DNA of 64,000 nucleotides from Octopus sinensis (Eukaryota). Numbering within the stretch: the stretch's first letter is position 1; the number at the start of each line of letters is the position of its first letter. The DNA is taken from NCBI RefSeq assembly GCF_006345805.1, contig NC_043009.1, positions 34,410,001 through 34,474,000 on the forward strand, in the 5' to 3' direction. The notes under the pieces were generated by a model. The model did no database searches and was not told the origin of the DNA. It saw only the letters and a list, made by a program, of their open reading frames with translations. This document shows, in pieces, positions 1 through 12,545 of this stretch. The position numbers and the translations under genes were made by a program.

Positions 1-1001
1 CATTTTGTTCCTGATAAGAAACAATCACTTTATTATTGATATATATATATATACATACATACATACACACACACATGTATATATGTTTGTGTGAGTAGCA
101 CACAAACATATACAGAAGGTGCAACAAGGTATGATGCATTTCCTATTTCCCAGATGAAACTCCTGATGTTTACTTTTAAACTTACACACCCTAATCTCTC
201 ACTCTCTCACCCTACCATTTCTCCCTCCCTCATTGCAGCCTCTTCATCTCTCAACTTGGTCTTCAACACTGACAGAATTGAAGATTGTAATGAGAGATCT
301 AACAGACATACAACTAACATTTCTCAGTTGTGACCATGCCTAGGCATAGTGCATGTTGGGCGACATCATCTAAGGTGCCCTTCTCTTTTTAAGACAGTAG
401 GATTTGGCTACAATTTCCAAATGGTTAAGCAGCTACACTGAAGCATTTTGCTTTGCTGTGGAGATTTGATTTTGTTTTATTGCCATGGTAGTGGTACTGA
501 AATGGGCCAGACAATAAAACTTTGTGTAAACATGTTTACGTATATGTGTGTATATGTAGAGGGAGCAAGTATGTGGGTGTGTATGTATCTGTTGTTAGTT
601 GAATTAGTATTTTTGTTGTTTTTAAAATATATTTTGGCATCTAAATGGACCAAACAATGAAACTTTGTGTTAGTGCGTGTGCATGTGTGTGAGTGTGTAT
701 ATGTATGCATGTGTGTGTATATGTATAAGTGTGTGCATTTATGTTGCTGATATTTGTGTTAGTGTGTAGTTAGATATTTGCTGAAATGCAGGTCTGTGGA
801 AACAGGAGGCACATGGGTGGGGGTGGGGGGACTGTGAGAAAACTGTGTGGAAAAACTTGAGATGATGGATGGGTGGATAGAAAGGAAGATGGAGAGAGAG
901 AGGAGGAGGAAGCAAAAGACAGTTGAATAAGAAAGAAATTGGGGAAGAAAGAGAGAAAACAGAGAGGAAGAAAAAACTGTGGGGAGAGTATATATATGTA
1001 T

Positions 1002-1054
<53 letters not shown>

Positions 1055-1473
1055 CCAAACATGAAAACACAACAACACGAGGACGTGGAACAAATATAGT
1101 ATTATTGGACGCTCAGGAAGGAAGGGAAGAAAGAGGGTTTTACGTTTCGAGCGGAGATCTACGTCAGAAACATAGGAAAAGGAAAGATCCAGAGATGGAA
1201 AGACGGAGGAAAAAAAAAAAAAATCGCCAACGGTACACACGTGGTCCCCCCAAAACAAACACAAGAAAAAAAAACAACAACGCGAATATGTGGTACATGC
1301 AAAGTATTAGCAGACACTCAGGGAAGGAAGGAAAGGTAGTTTTACATTTCAAGCAAAGCTCTTTGTCAGAAAAAGGAGATGAAGGATAAAAGTCACCAAC
1401 GATCCACATGTGTTTACATTTTGAAATAACTGGAAGGGAATGGGTGAAGAAAAAGTTTCTAAGAAAAGGAGGT

Positions 1474-2125
1474 ATGTGTGTGTGTGTGCATGTGTGCAAG
1501 TCTGTGTGTGTGTGTGGTGTTGGCTGTTTATATGTGTATGTCTGAATGAACTTTGTGTCTCTTAATGTTGTAGGAAGAATTCAGCAGCATGATTAACAGG
1601 AGTGGTGGTCTTTTGTGTAGTTGTGTGTTTCTTCACATGTAATTAGAGGAATGGTCAGTAGAAAGGTGTTTGACTGGCAGTTTGAAGTATGTGTGTGCGT
1701 GTGTATTTATGTTTGTGCATGTATGTATATGTTGTATGTGTGTTTTGTGTGTGCATGTGTATATGTGCGTGTATATGCATGTGTGTATGCCCTGTATGTG
1801 TAATTATGTGCGTGTATGTATGTGTTGTGTGTGTGGGAAGTATATGTGCATTCATGTGTGTATGTACGTGGGGTTGTGTTTGGTGCATCTGTATATGTGT
1901 GTATGCATGTGTGTGTGTGTATGTGTGTGTGTCTGTATGTGGGGTTGTGTGTGGAGGTATATGTGCATTCCTGTGCGTGTATGTGCATGTAGTTGTGTGT
2001 ACACATGCATGTGTGCATGTATGTGTGGATGTGTGTATGAGTGTGTGCACAGGGTTGTGTGTATGGAAGTATATGTGCGTTCCTGTGTGTGCGCATGTGT
2101 ATGTGTGTGTATGCATATATATATA
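1474..2125. repeat. Compound (TG)n/(TATG)n microsatellite
   Basis: Directly visible; it generates the C/V/M/Y and H/T pseudo-ORFs. Confidence 0.95.
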
Positions 2126-2937
2126 TAGTAAGGGAGAAGGAAGAGAGGAGAGAGTGTGGAGGAGAGAGAGAGAAAAACTAAGTTGTATCCTTGACAAATG
2201 CATATGGGTGTGAGTGAGCTAAGGGGGTTTGGCAGCTATTTCTAACAAGTCAATATCCATGTAGACCTTCCTAATGTTGTGTGTGTGTCCGTGTCCTGAG
2301 ATAAAGATAATGTACAACGAATTTCTGTTTTTTACATTCTTGGAAAAGGATCTGAACTCAGCATTCATAAAACACTCATTAACACAACCAGATATGTCGA
2401 GTGACCAGATACAGGAAGGAGACCCTATTCTGCCCCTCAACTTCTTTGAAATAGTTGTCAAATTCCAAAGTAAAAACAAAATGCTGTGAGTCAAGGTATT
2501 TGACTCTTTAGCCAGTTTGGTCAGCAGATGCTCTTCATGCACCTGCTTTGTCCCACTATATATATTTCTTTACTGCCCACGGGGAGGCTAAACATAGAGG
2601 GGACAAACAAGGACAAAGGAATTACAATGACCCCAGTTGCAAAACTGGTACTTTATTTATCGACCCCGAAAGCATGAAAGGCAAAGTTGACCTTGGCGGA
2701 ATTTGAACTCAGGTCGACTTTGCCTTTCATCCTTTCGGGGTCGATAAATAAAGTACCACTATATACTATGGCTAATGTGTGTGTGTGTATCTGTATGTTT
2801 ACGCACACATGCATGCACATGTAGTGAGAGTGAGGCAGATTAGGTATCTAAATACTATAAATTAAGGATTGCTCAGAGAGAGAAACAGCAAGGAACAGCA
2901 TTTCCTTCATAAATACAGAAGAGCATTTATATATATA

Positions 2938-3433
2938 TCTTTATATATAAAAGTGAAGTTGTGTGTCTGTCTCCTACGATTTAGATTCCTAACTACTCCC
3001 ACATTTTGCGGTGCAGTTTAACCAAAACTGGGTATCTTATAGTCGTGATTCATATCGAGCCCTTCTGGGTATTAGTGCATGTCTACGATGAGTCTACAAT
3101 TAAAAAAAAAATTTACCATCATTTTTTTCCATTTTAATGCATTTTTTTTCGCTATTATATAAGGGAAGTAACTCCCTGAAAATGTCTACGATAAGTCAAC
3201 GATTAAAAAAAAATTTACCATAATTTTTTTCCATTTAATGCATTTTTTCGCTATTATATAAGGGAAGTAACTCTCTAAAAATGTCTACGATGAGTCAACG
3301 ATTTAAAAAAAATTTACCATAATTTTTTTCCATTTTTAATGCATTTTTTTGCTATTTTTTGGCTATAACTCTCTAAAAATGCTTATATAGTTATTTCCCT
3401 TACAAACCCGAGCACGCCGGGTGATACTGCTAG
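2938..3433 (+). mobile_element. Non-autonomous Helitron
   Basis: 5' TC, 3' CCCGAGCACGCCGGG hairpin then CTAG, inserted between A and T. Contains three copies of an internal ~117-bp unit. Confidence 0.85.
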
Positions 3434-4235
3434 TATATCATAAACTGATGTGTGGTTGTGTAATTTAGAAGTTTATGTTCAAGCCACATGGTTTTGGATT
3501 CAATCACACAGTATGAACCTAAGGGAAATTTCTTTTACCATGATCTTGGATTAACCAAAGCCTTATGAGTAAATTTTAGTCTACAAAAGTCCATTCTTGG
3601 GACAATTCCTGTTGTTGAGTGGTAAACTTATTCTATTGCCTAGTGTAACACCTTCATCTGCTTTTTGCATGACTTATTAGAATTCATTCAGTTCCATGTA
3701 GGTCGGATCTCCAGTCTAAGGATAACTTTTTCCCTGTTGCTTACCAATCTTGGTGGGCTCTGATGTGGGGGCTGCCCCTCTTCCTTTCATTAAACCTTAA
3801 AAAATAATAATAATCAAAAGCAAAAATAATAAGTGTGTCACTTAAGAGGAGCTATTGTTATTTAGTCCCTGGTTTGTTGTAATCCAGGAGATCAGAGACA
3901 ATCCAGGTGAGACCATTCTACTTCTTTTAGATTTTAATGCATAATGTATGTAGATAACATTGCATAATCTAATACTGGAAACTTGTAGTCAGGACTGGAT
4001 TGCCTTTGCTCATAAATCTGTTGGATTATAGAAGATTTTTATTACCTGTACCCACAACAATAATAACAGCAACAAGAAGAAACAATTTGCTCCTGTCTTT
4101 TTTTTCTTTATTTTCCTCTATTCTCACCTTCCCCTCTCGGCATCCTCCACCTACTCTAAGCTTTCCATACAGCCTCTTTTCCCTACCCCACTCACATGTT
4201 TTCCTATCTCCTACACCTCCTGTCTTCACAAACTT

Positions 4236-4270
<35 letters not shown>

Positions 4271-4375
4271 TGCATGTGTGTGTATATGTACATTTCAATG
4301 AATAAAACTACTCTTAAGACCAGCAATATTTAGATTGTGTCTCTTTATGTCCCGTAACTTCACTGATATTAACTA

Positions 4376-4589
4376 CAAGGGGATGCTGAAAAGTTCCTAG
4401 CTTTTGGTAAAAGAAAATACAAGAGGATCAGTTAATTACGATTTTATTCAACATATTCCCCTCTCAAATTCACACACTCATTGCAATCATCCTTCAGATT
4501 TTGTAAGCTTTGTTAAAGAACTTGGAAGGCTGGGCTTTCAACCAGGCCTTTCGTAGTACCCTTAAAGCCAGGAATTTTTCAGCACCTTG
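4376..4589. mobile_element. mariner-derived MITE
   Basis: TA|CAAGGGGATGCTGAAAAGTTCC ... GGAATTTTTCAGCACCTTG inverted termini. Confidence 0.75.
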
Positions 4590-4757
4590 TCATAATGCCT
4601 CTTGAGGAATGCTTGGACATCACAACTTTTAATTCAATTAGGTACAAATAACATGATGCTTACACTGTATCTAAATATGTAAGGAGGGACACCACTGCCG
4701 AAGTAATTTATATTTTGCTAACTAGTTAGCCACATCTTTGGTGTTTTGAGGCTTTAA

Positions 4758-4979
4758 CCCTTTCGTTACTGTATTTCTGTTGAGATGCTCTGTGTTTCTT
4801 TCAATTACTTTAAATATAAACAAAGAATTTAGTAAAATAACTTAGTTATCATTCAGCTAGTGTTAGGAACATAAATTGCGACTAAGGTTTGGTGGAAGAT
4901 TTTAATTCAGAACTTATGAAAACAAGACATTTGTACTACAGAGCCAGAGCCGGTTTTGGCCGGGTTGGTAATGAAAGGG
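4758..4979. mobile_element. piggyBac-type MITE
   Basis: TTAA|CCCTTTCGTTAC ... GTAATGAAAGGG|TTAA: TIRs with a TTAA duplication. Confidence 0.88.
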
Positions 4980-5039
4980 TTAAAGTCTTTTAGTCGGTTC
5001 CATCCAAAAAGAGATTTATCTTTCATCTTCACATCTGCT

Positions 5040-5305
5040 ATAGCCAGAAGTAAAGAGGTTATAGTTAGAAGTAAGGAAATCATAGCTAGAAGAACTAAGA
5101 AAGTCACAGCCAGAAGCAAGGAAGTCATACCAAGAATAAAGTAAGTCATAATCAGAACAAAGGAAGTCATAGATAAACTAAGGAAGTTGTAATCAGAACT
5201 AAGGGAGTTATAGTCAGAACTAAGGAACTTCATAGCTAGAACAAAGAGAGAAATAGCTAAAACCAGGGCAGTCATAATCAGAAATAATGATGTCATAGAT
5301 AAAAC
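5040..5305. repeat. Degenerate 21-bp minisatellite, about 12 copies
   Basis: Recurrent unit resembling AGCTAGAACTAAGGAAGTCAT. Confidence 0.8.
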
Positions 5306-6015
5306 TAACTCAAAACTAAAACTAAAAGTTAAAACTAAGAAAGACCCGAGTCTTTATGAGTAAAATTTCAGTAAGTTTGAGACATATACACACACATACA
5401 TGCATACATATATACATGCATAAATAATTATATATACATCATCATCATCATCAAACGTCTGCTGTCCATGATGGCATGGGTTGGATTATTTGACCAGGGC
5501 TGGCAAGCAGAGGGGCTGCACCAGACTCCAGTCGGATTTGGCATGGTTTCTGTGGCTGGATACCCTTCCTAATGCCAACCATTTTGAGAGTGTAATGGGT
5601 GCTTTTATGTGCCACTGGCATGGGTTATAAATGTGTGACACCAATATCTGCCACAACTACAATTTCACTAGGCTTGAGCACAACATGGTGCCAAAGGTCT
5701 CGGTCATTTGTCAGTGCTTCCATGGGGCCCAATACATGAAGGGGGCTTTTTATGTGCCACTGGCATGGGTGCTAGTTACACGACACCAGCATTGGCCACA
5801 TTGCGTCTGTGAGGCCTAATGTTCAAAAATAATGCTTCCTGAGTCTACCTCTACTACAGGTTCCCTCCAGTTAGAGATCAGTACTTCATTACACAACTGT
5901 CCTTGTCCAGATGCAGTACAGACGTCTCTCTTGCATAACACATCTGATGCCTCTTATGCCTAACTTTTCTCTCAAGATGTTTACACTGTCGTACATGCAC
6001 AATGACACATATCTG

Positions 6016-6339
6016 AGACCCCCTTTGGTCACAACACAGACCATGGGATTGCACCTAGAAAGTTACCCTCCCAGACACAAGTCTGGGCAAGGGTGTTTAT
6101 GGAAGACCAGCAGTCACCCATGCATACTGGCCTCCCCTCTCCAAGCCACTGGTGTTATCCAAGGGAAAGGCAAAGGCCAATACAGCTTGGCATCTGTGAC
6201 GTCGCAACACATTTCTACAGCTGAGTGAACTGGAGCAACATGAAATAAAGTGTCTTGCTCAAGAACACAACACAGGATTTGAGCTCACAACCTCACGATC
6301 ATAAGCTTGACACTCAAACCACTGAGCCATGCACCTTCA
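6016..6339 (-). mobile_element. tRNA-derived SINE, family A
   Basis: Reverse complement of the same element. Confidence 0.85.
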
Positions 6340-6347
6340 CTCAATGA

Positions 6348-6460
6348 CATACACACACACACACACACATATATATATGTATATATAGATATAATATATA
6401 CATATATATATACATATATATATATACATACATATATATATATACATATATATATACATA

Positions 6461-6501
<41 letters not shown>

Positions 6502-6573
6502 ACATACATATATATATACACACATATATATATATATACACACATACATATATATATATACACACATATATAC

Positions 6574-6604
<31 letters not shown>

Positions 6605-6785
6605 CACATATTTATATATACATACATATATATATATATATATACACACACACATATTTATACATACATATATATACACATATTTATACATACATATATA
6701 TACACATATTTATACATACATACATACATATATATACACATATATATATATATATATATATATAAATACATACACACATATATAA
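6348..6785. repeat. Compound (TA)n/(CA)n microsatellite
   Basis: Directly visible. Confidence 0.95.
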
Positions 6786-7035
6786 ATAGATGTATTTTTC
6801 CCTTGTTTACAATCATCACCGAAAAAATAGATAACTAGTTGCCAGGGTAGCAAAAAATCACACAAGTAAAAAGGTTTTAACTCCTTGTTTTTAAAGGTAG
6901 AAACTCCAGGTTTATGTGAAATAATTTTGTATTATATATATATATAAAAATAAATAAATGGAGTTAAACGCAGGTGTAATTCAAATTCTTTTACTTCTGA
7001 CACATGTTTCGAAGATATCACTGGTATTATTGCAA

Positions 7036-7275
7036 AGGATAGGGATAGGAATAAACGTAACAGTACAGGACTTAGTAAATTAATTTGGTATCTAAAAGAC
7101 CATTATAAACAATTTAATTTAGATTGGTTGATTCTCTCAATTTCGATCCCTTATGATAAAGGCAAGGAATTCTGTCTTCTCTGCAATTCTGAACTATTTT
7201 TTATTCTTTTTTCTAAAATTCCCCTTGTAAACACGGTTACAGAGCATGTATACTGATGTAAACATTGGCAGAAAC
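7036..7275 (+). mobile_element. Penelope-like element GIY-YIG endonuclease C-terminal fragment
   Basis: Reads RNSTGLSKLIWYLKDHYKQFNLDWLILSISIPYDKGKEFCLLCNSELFFILFSKIPLVN, resembling the PLE pattern STxLSKHIWxLK..W.I...PY....CxLCxxE. Confidence 0.75.
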
Positions 7276-7689
7276 CCACCTTTAGTTAATACAGGTGATA
7301 TCTATCATTATATATAATTTAAACATTAATTTTCTTCTTACATTTCACATACATTAAATATATCTTTTTCCAAGACTTTAAGGTTTTATTTAATTTACAT
7401 ATCATTATATACTTCTCATTTATTTGTTTTTTTCTTTTCTGACCTTTACCCCTCTTCTTACTATAGGCTACCTTTGATGTTATATCCTCAAACGTTTCTT
7501 TAAAAAAAAACTTAATAGTGTTCAGTTCATCACTTTACATTTCTATCATAGAGAAATAACTATAGCTGGTCGTTGAGATAATGTAGAAAATATGTAAATG
7601 AAAATAAAGTTTATTTGACATGTGTAATTGATTTGATTGTTCTGGTCTTAACATGAGTTGGTAAGAATAGAAGTCATTTGACGATACCT

Positions 7690-7925
7690 TTTTGTTTGTA
7701 ATTGGCTATCCTGTTGCAGGTTCAATCCGTGGAATATTGAAATGATACCCATCTTGTCCATTCCACAGAATAAGAGGATACTGGAGTGCATGATAAGAGG
7801 GATGAGGGTGTGAAACACGTTTAAGGTTGTTATCTTGAAAACGAATGAGAATATCATGATTTTCATGGGGATCACCAACCAAAAGGATGACTACTTCATT
7901 AGATGTGGGCTCATTAAAACAGCAT
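7690..7925 (-). mobile_element. Helitron RepHel pseudogene fragment (N-terminal helitron-like region)
   Basis: An unlisted frame reads FNEPTSNEVVILLVGDPHENHDILIRFQDNNLKRVSHPHPSYHALQYPLILWNGQDGYH, matching the Helitron motifs PTxxEVA..RDI..HPxYDxLQYPL. Confidence 0.85.
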
Positions 7926-9119
7926 AAAATGTTCTTTACTATAGTTTACTATAGACGTAAGGAATGCAGAAACACACTCATAGAATTGATAATATTGAAA
8001 ACAGCAAAATGTACACATACGAAGTTCAAGCGAAACGAAATGTAGTCAATATAGGTGCAAAACATACTTTCTGTAGCATAGTTATGCTATAAAAAAAAAT
8101 GGAAAGTCACCATTTTAGCAAAAGTTACTATGTGTCACCAATGTAACAAAGTACAGAAAGTCAACATTTATTTGGAACATGTAATAAATGTTATAAAATT
8201 CACAATTAAATATCACGGTGAAGAAAGTGAAAGTCCAAGAAAATTCAGAAAGCATAATTCGATAATTCATATATCTCTTATTATAAAAGGCAGATTTTAT
8301 CTGCCTCCCTTTGTCACTTATAGAAATCTACAATATAGGATTTCTTCAATTACAATTTACCTAGCATTTTTAAGAGTAGAATGCATCGGGTCATGCCAGG
8401 TCCAGTTTTTAAAATTTAAACTCCAATTAAGCAAAATTTACAGAAAACTCACATGCTGGTGTGTATGTCAAATGCTTTTCTTAGTCTGGTTTACAGCACA
8501 CGCAAACGCACGCACACAGTGTGCAACGAATAAAGTGAAACTAATTGACTGTGTGTGTGTTGACAGGTAGACAATAGAATGCGATGGCGATGTAATATTT
8601 GTTTCTGTCTATCACGCTGATAGATACATGAGTAAAATGTATGGCAAGCTAAGAGATAAGAGTGAGTGAAAATGTTCTTGGAAGAGAGTAAATAGCGACA
8701 GAGTGATTTGAGGAAGACTAAACTGAAAGTATGAAACAGTGTTTATGTATAAACAGACGACACTTATATATAGTTACGTATGCATCCGTTTAACCCTTTC
8801 GTTACCAAACCGCCCGAATTTACCTATTCATATTTAAATGAGAATATCAGAGTAAATCTCTTTAGTACATTCGTGAAAACACGTATTATACTTCGTAAAC
8901 ACTTCAAATACAGTTTTGTACAAAAATCGAAGTGTAATTTTAATTCCGTGAATTATGGGAGATTTTTTTCCGAAATTTGTTCCTATTGTGTTTTCAAAAT
9001 TTGTAATTCTGACAAAAAATGGATACGAATTTCATTATATCAAGCAGCGAGTCAGAATTCGAAGGATTTTCTACTGAAGACCTTCATAAATCTAACTCTA
9101 TGACTGAAAAAAAAAAGCA

Positions 9120-9516
9120 TCTTTATATAAGAGTGAAGTTGTGTGTCTGTCTCCTACGATTTAGATTCCTAACTACTCCCACATTTTGTGGTGCAGTTTA
9201 ACCAAAAGCGGGTATCTTATAGTCGTGATTCATATCGAGCCCTTCTGGGTATTAGCGCATGTCTACGATGAGTCTACGATTTAAAAAAAATTTACCATCA
9301 TATTTTTCCATTTTAATGCATTTTTTTCGCTTTTATATAAGGGAAGTAACTCTCTAAAAATATCTATGATGTGTCAACGATTTAAAAAAAAAATTTACCT
9401 TAATTTTTTTTCAATTTTTAATGCATTTTTTTTGCTATTTTTTGGCTATAACTCTCTAAAAATGCTTATATAGTTATTTCCCTTACAACCCGAGCAACGC
9501 CGGGCGATACTGCTAG
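9120..9516 (+). mobile_element. Non-autonomous Helitron, same family as 2938-3433
   Basis: Same 5' TCTTTATATAA..GTGAAGTTGTGTGTC start and CCCGAGCAACGCCGGG hairpin plus CTAG. Only two internal units. Confidence 0.85.
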
Positions 9517-9517
9517 T

Positions 9518-9859
9518 ATATATATAAATGGCAAAATGTCTGTCTGTGTGCGTGTCCTTTATACAAATCCACAATTTTTCAGTTACAGGGCTCGCAATTT
9601 CTATGGTCATTCAAAACCGTCCAAGAGTGGTCGTGCACATCTTTACATATCCCCAGTCACCGCGCAAAGCCATTAAACAATCAATAGAAGTGACTTTTTT
9701 GTGATTTTCTATCCAATCAAAATGCCCGAAGCTTGATACGCCAATTGAATGCCAGCTAGCTGTATGTGATTGGACAGTACTCACGTATATGTGTGCACGC
9801 ACGCAGCTGTATATGCATGCATAGCACTATGACCCGGTGTTGCTGGGTCACAGTGCTAG
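9518..9859 (+). mobile_element. Second non-autonomous Helitron family, directly abutting the previous one
   Basis: Terminal hairpin GCACTATGACCCGG-TGTTG-CTGGGTCACAGTGC, followed by CTAG|T. Confidence 0.7.
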
Positions 9860-10410
9860 TACAAAAATAATTTATTTTACAATTTTGAAACAAGCGCTGA
9901 ACCAAGTGTATAGAAAGGAAGATGTTGTTGTTGTAATGTTAATTTTAAATATTTGCTGAAGGATGTATGGAGAAAGATATAAATTAATTTGACATTAACT
10001 ACATATTTTTTAACTGTGTAACATTATAGGCTGTAGAATAAATACTGACTAACGCAGTAAAAAGGTTGGGCAATGTTGATACTCACAATGATGAAGAAGA
10101 CAAGGACTGTTAAAAAAAACATTATTTTGAAACTGGTTAGAAGGAGTGGAATAACATTTCTGTAATTATATTGAAAGAGCCGCTCAGGCTTTCTACTTTG
10201 CCAAGTTTCTGAATTTGTTATAATAACCAGAATAACATTTTTCTTCGGATATATTTGCGAGTATTTATTGACCTTTTTCTTTCCTTTAAAAATCGGCATA
10301 AACTTTCCAGACAACCTCTAACTGGTTCCCTGATTTTAAAGGTGTAATGTGGATGTGTAATGATGGAGCAACTGGTGTGGTGGTGATGTTAGCTGGTTCG
10401 GTGGTCTTCC

Positions 10411-11110
10411 TCACAGTACTTCACGGTAGACAATATTTTGTGTGTGTGTCACACCATGCTTTTGGCCTTGTCTCTTATCCCAATTGAGTGCATAACTCTT
10501 ACTTTGATATTGTTCATAGCTCATGCTCTTGAAAATGCGACATAATTGGCCATGAGAAAATACCGGTTGAGGTAAATGTATTCCAATTTTTTCAAATGTT
10601 TTCCCTTGAGCCTTATTAATTGTCATTGAATATGCAAGTCGAAGTGGAAACTGAAGTCTGTTTAGTGTGAATGGAATATTTGCATTACTTGGGCTAAGTT
10701 TAATTCTGGGCATTAGAACTGTATGACCTCTGTTGGAGATTGTTACCAATGATGCTTCTACACAATGTTCATGAAGTCTTTGCACTTTCATGCAAGTTCC
10801 ATTACATAATCCTTGACTGATTGAAAGACTTCTTAGCAGCATTACAATAGCCTTTACTTTTAAGTTGAAGTGATGAGGAGGCATACTGGATGGAGTGAGT
10901 GAGTTTATGAATTCAAATGGATAGCTCTGAACCTCCTCTTCATTATTGCAGGACACTGAATCTGCGCTTAAGTATTTTTAAATGCCTCTGGTATAATATT
11001 AAAAACTTTTTCATTTATTGCAAGACAGTCAGGATTTTTAGGAGATAAAAATTACTCGTTTTTCCATTTCTTCTGGCATGCAGTTGTTGAAAATTTCTGG
11101 GTACAAATGT
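10411..11110 (-). mobile_element. Helitron PIF1-like helicase C-terminal fragment (degraded)
   Basis: ORF 10411-10956 contains GLCNGT, PRIKL, RLQFPLRLAYSMTINKAQGKTFEKIGIHLPQPVFSHGQL and TQNIVYREVL. The upstream part is frameshifted. Confidence 0.92.
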
Positions 11111-11942
11111 ACAAATTGAAATGCAAAAGAACGAAATAATAAATGGATTTATGAATGAAAGTTTAGTAACCATTAATTTCCACCACATGACACTTGTTAT
11201 TGCAAATGTACTTCTAAACTATACTATACACACATAGAAATACATTCATATATATATGTCTTGAGTTGTAGCTGAAATTCAAAGGGGCCAGCCTTGTCAT
11301 ACTCTGTGTGAAGCTGAATCTCCCTGAGAACTACATTAATGTTATGCATGTCTGTGGAGTACTCAGCCATTTGTGAGTTAATTTTATCCTCATGTGGTAA
11401 TGAAAAGTGAAATTGACAACCAATATTTGCTGTGTTGATATATTTATGAACTTTTCTTTGGAATTATGTATCTACTGTCTCTCTCACTTCCTCTTTTTAC
11501 AATGTGTATATGTATCTATGTATCTACTTCTCTTGCGATGTGATAAACATTTAAAAACACAAAATGAATGCCGTCACCACTCACTGTCTCTCTCACTTTC
11601 TCTTATTTTCTCTGTCCTCTTCCCTTGCTTTGCCACTTCGAAGAAGTGTGACACAACAACAGGTACGTACAAAAACAAATGATTAGTGTATTAATATTAT
11701 TGATAATAACCTTATATATATTTAAATAATTTTTATTCACTTCGATCACCTTTTTAAATTTGCTCCAGTTCCATGCAGTAGGACAGAACCTGGAACCATG
11801 TGGTTGAGAAGGATCCTTATAGCCACAGTAGTAATAATAATCCATGGATATAATTTATAAATATTTTAATGCAGCACTATGCATGTTTCCACAAATAATC
11901 CATATTCCTGGGATGATTACAGTACAGTCCAATAGAAAGAGC

Positions 11943-12545
11943 GGATCTTTACCTTTTGACCAACAGATTTAAAAAATAATTTTTTGTAACTAAACACTTT
12001 CAAACTTCAGACACTAGTAGAATGTGTCATATAAAATATCTTTTACTCTTAGCATTTTTGAGAAAAATTATATTTACTTAGTTATTTCATGGTAAAGTTC
12101 TTGTATTTCGGTAATGTCAACCAATCAATGATGTGTATTCAACTGAATAAAATTACTGCCGTTGTTTGTCAACAGCAACTATTGGTGGTGTATTTTTCAT
12201 TTGTCACTGTTATTTATGACATCGTTCGTGCGTTTGTACTGGTTTTAAGGTTAGGGGGTTAGGGTTGTCATAAATAACAGTGACAAACGAAATATACACC
12301 GCTAGAAGTTCTTGTTGACAAACAACAGCAGTAATTTTATTCAGCTGGATACACATCATTGATTGGTTGAAATTACCGAAATACGAGAACTTTAATGTGA
12401 AATAATTTTGTAAATATAAGTTTTTCTCAAAAATGCTAAGAGTAAAAGATGTTTTATATGACACATCCTACCAGTGTCCGAAGTTTGAAAGTGTTTAGTT
12501 ACAAAAAATTATTTTTTAAATCTGTTGGTCAAAAGGTAAAGATCC
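11943..12545. mobile_element. Palindromic foldback MITE with GGATCTTT termini
   Basis: About 290-bp inverted arms. Flanks gaaagagc / aaaagagc form an 8-bp TSD with one mismatch. The centre contains TTAAGGTTAGGGGGTTAGGG. Confidence 0.85.

Larger units (their letters stand above)
8794..10066 (+). mobile_element. Deleted piggyBac element with two nested Helitrons
   Basis: Left TIR TTAA|CCCTTTCGTTAC and an acidic N-terminal start MDTNFIISSSESEFEGFSTEDL at 9019. A degenerate right-TIR-like GTAAAAAGGTT lies near 10057-10067. Confidence 0.6.

Noticed and set aside
1655-2213. Long Cys/Val/Tyr or His/Thr-rich ORFs (also 6285-6765 and 13681-14267)
   Set aside because: These are translations of dinucleotide microsatellites.
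4642-4648. 7-nt micro-exon (TTTAG ATACAGT GTAAG on the minus strand)
   Set aside because: Weak pyrimidine tract and frame-shifting length; expected by chance.
10411-10956. Cellular PIF1 helicase gene
   Set aside because: It is intronless, frameshifted, carries Helitron-type motifs and is surrounded by Helitron pieces.
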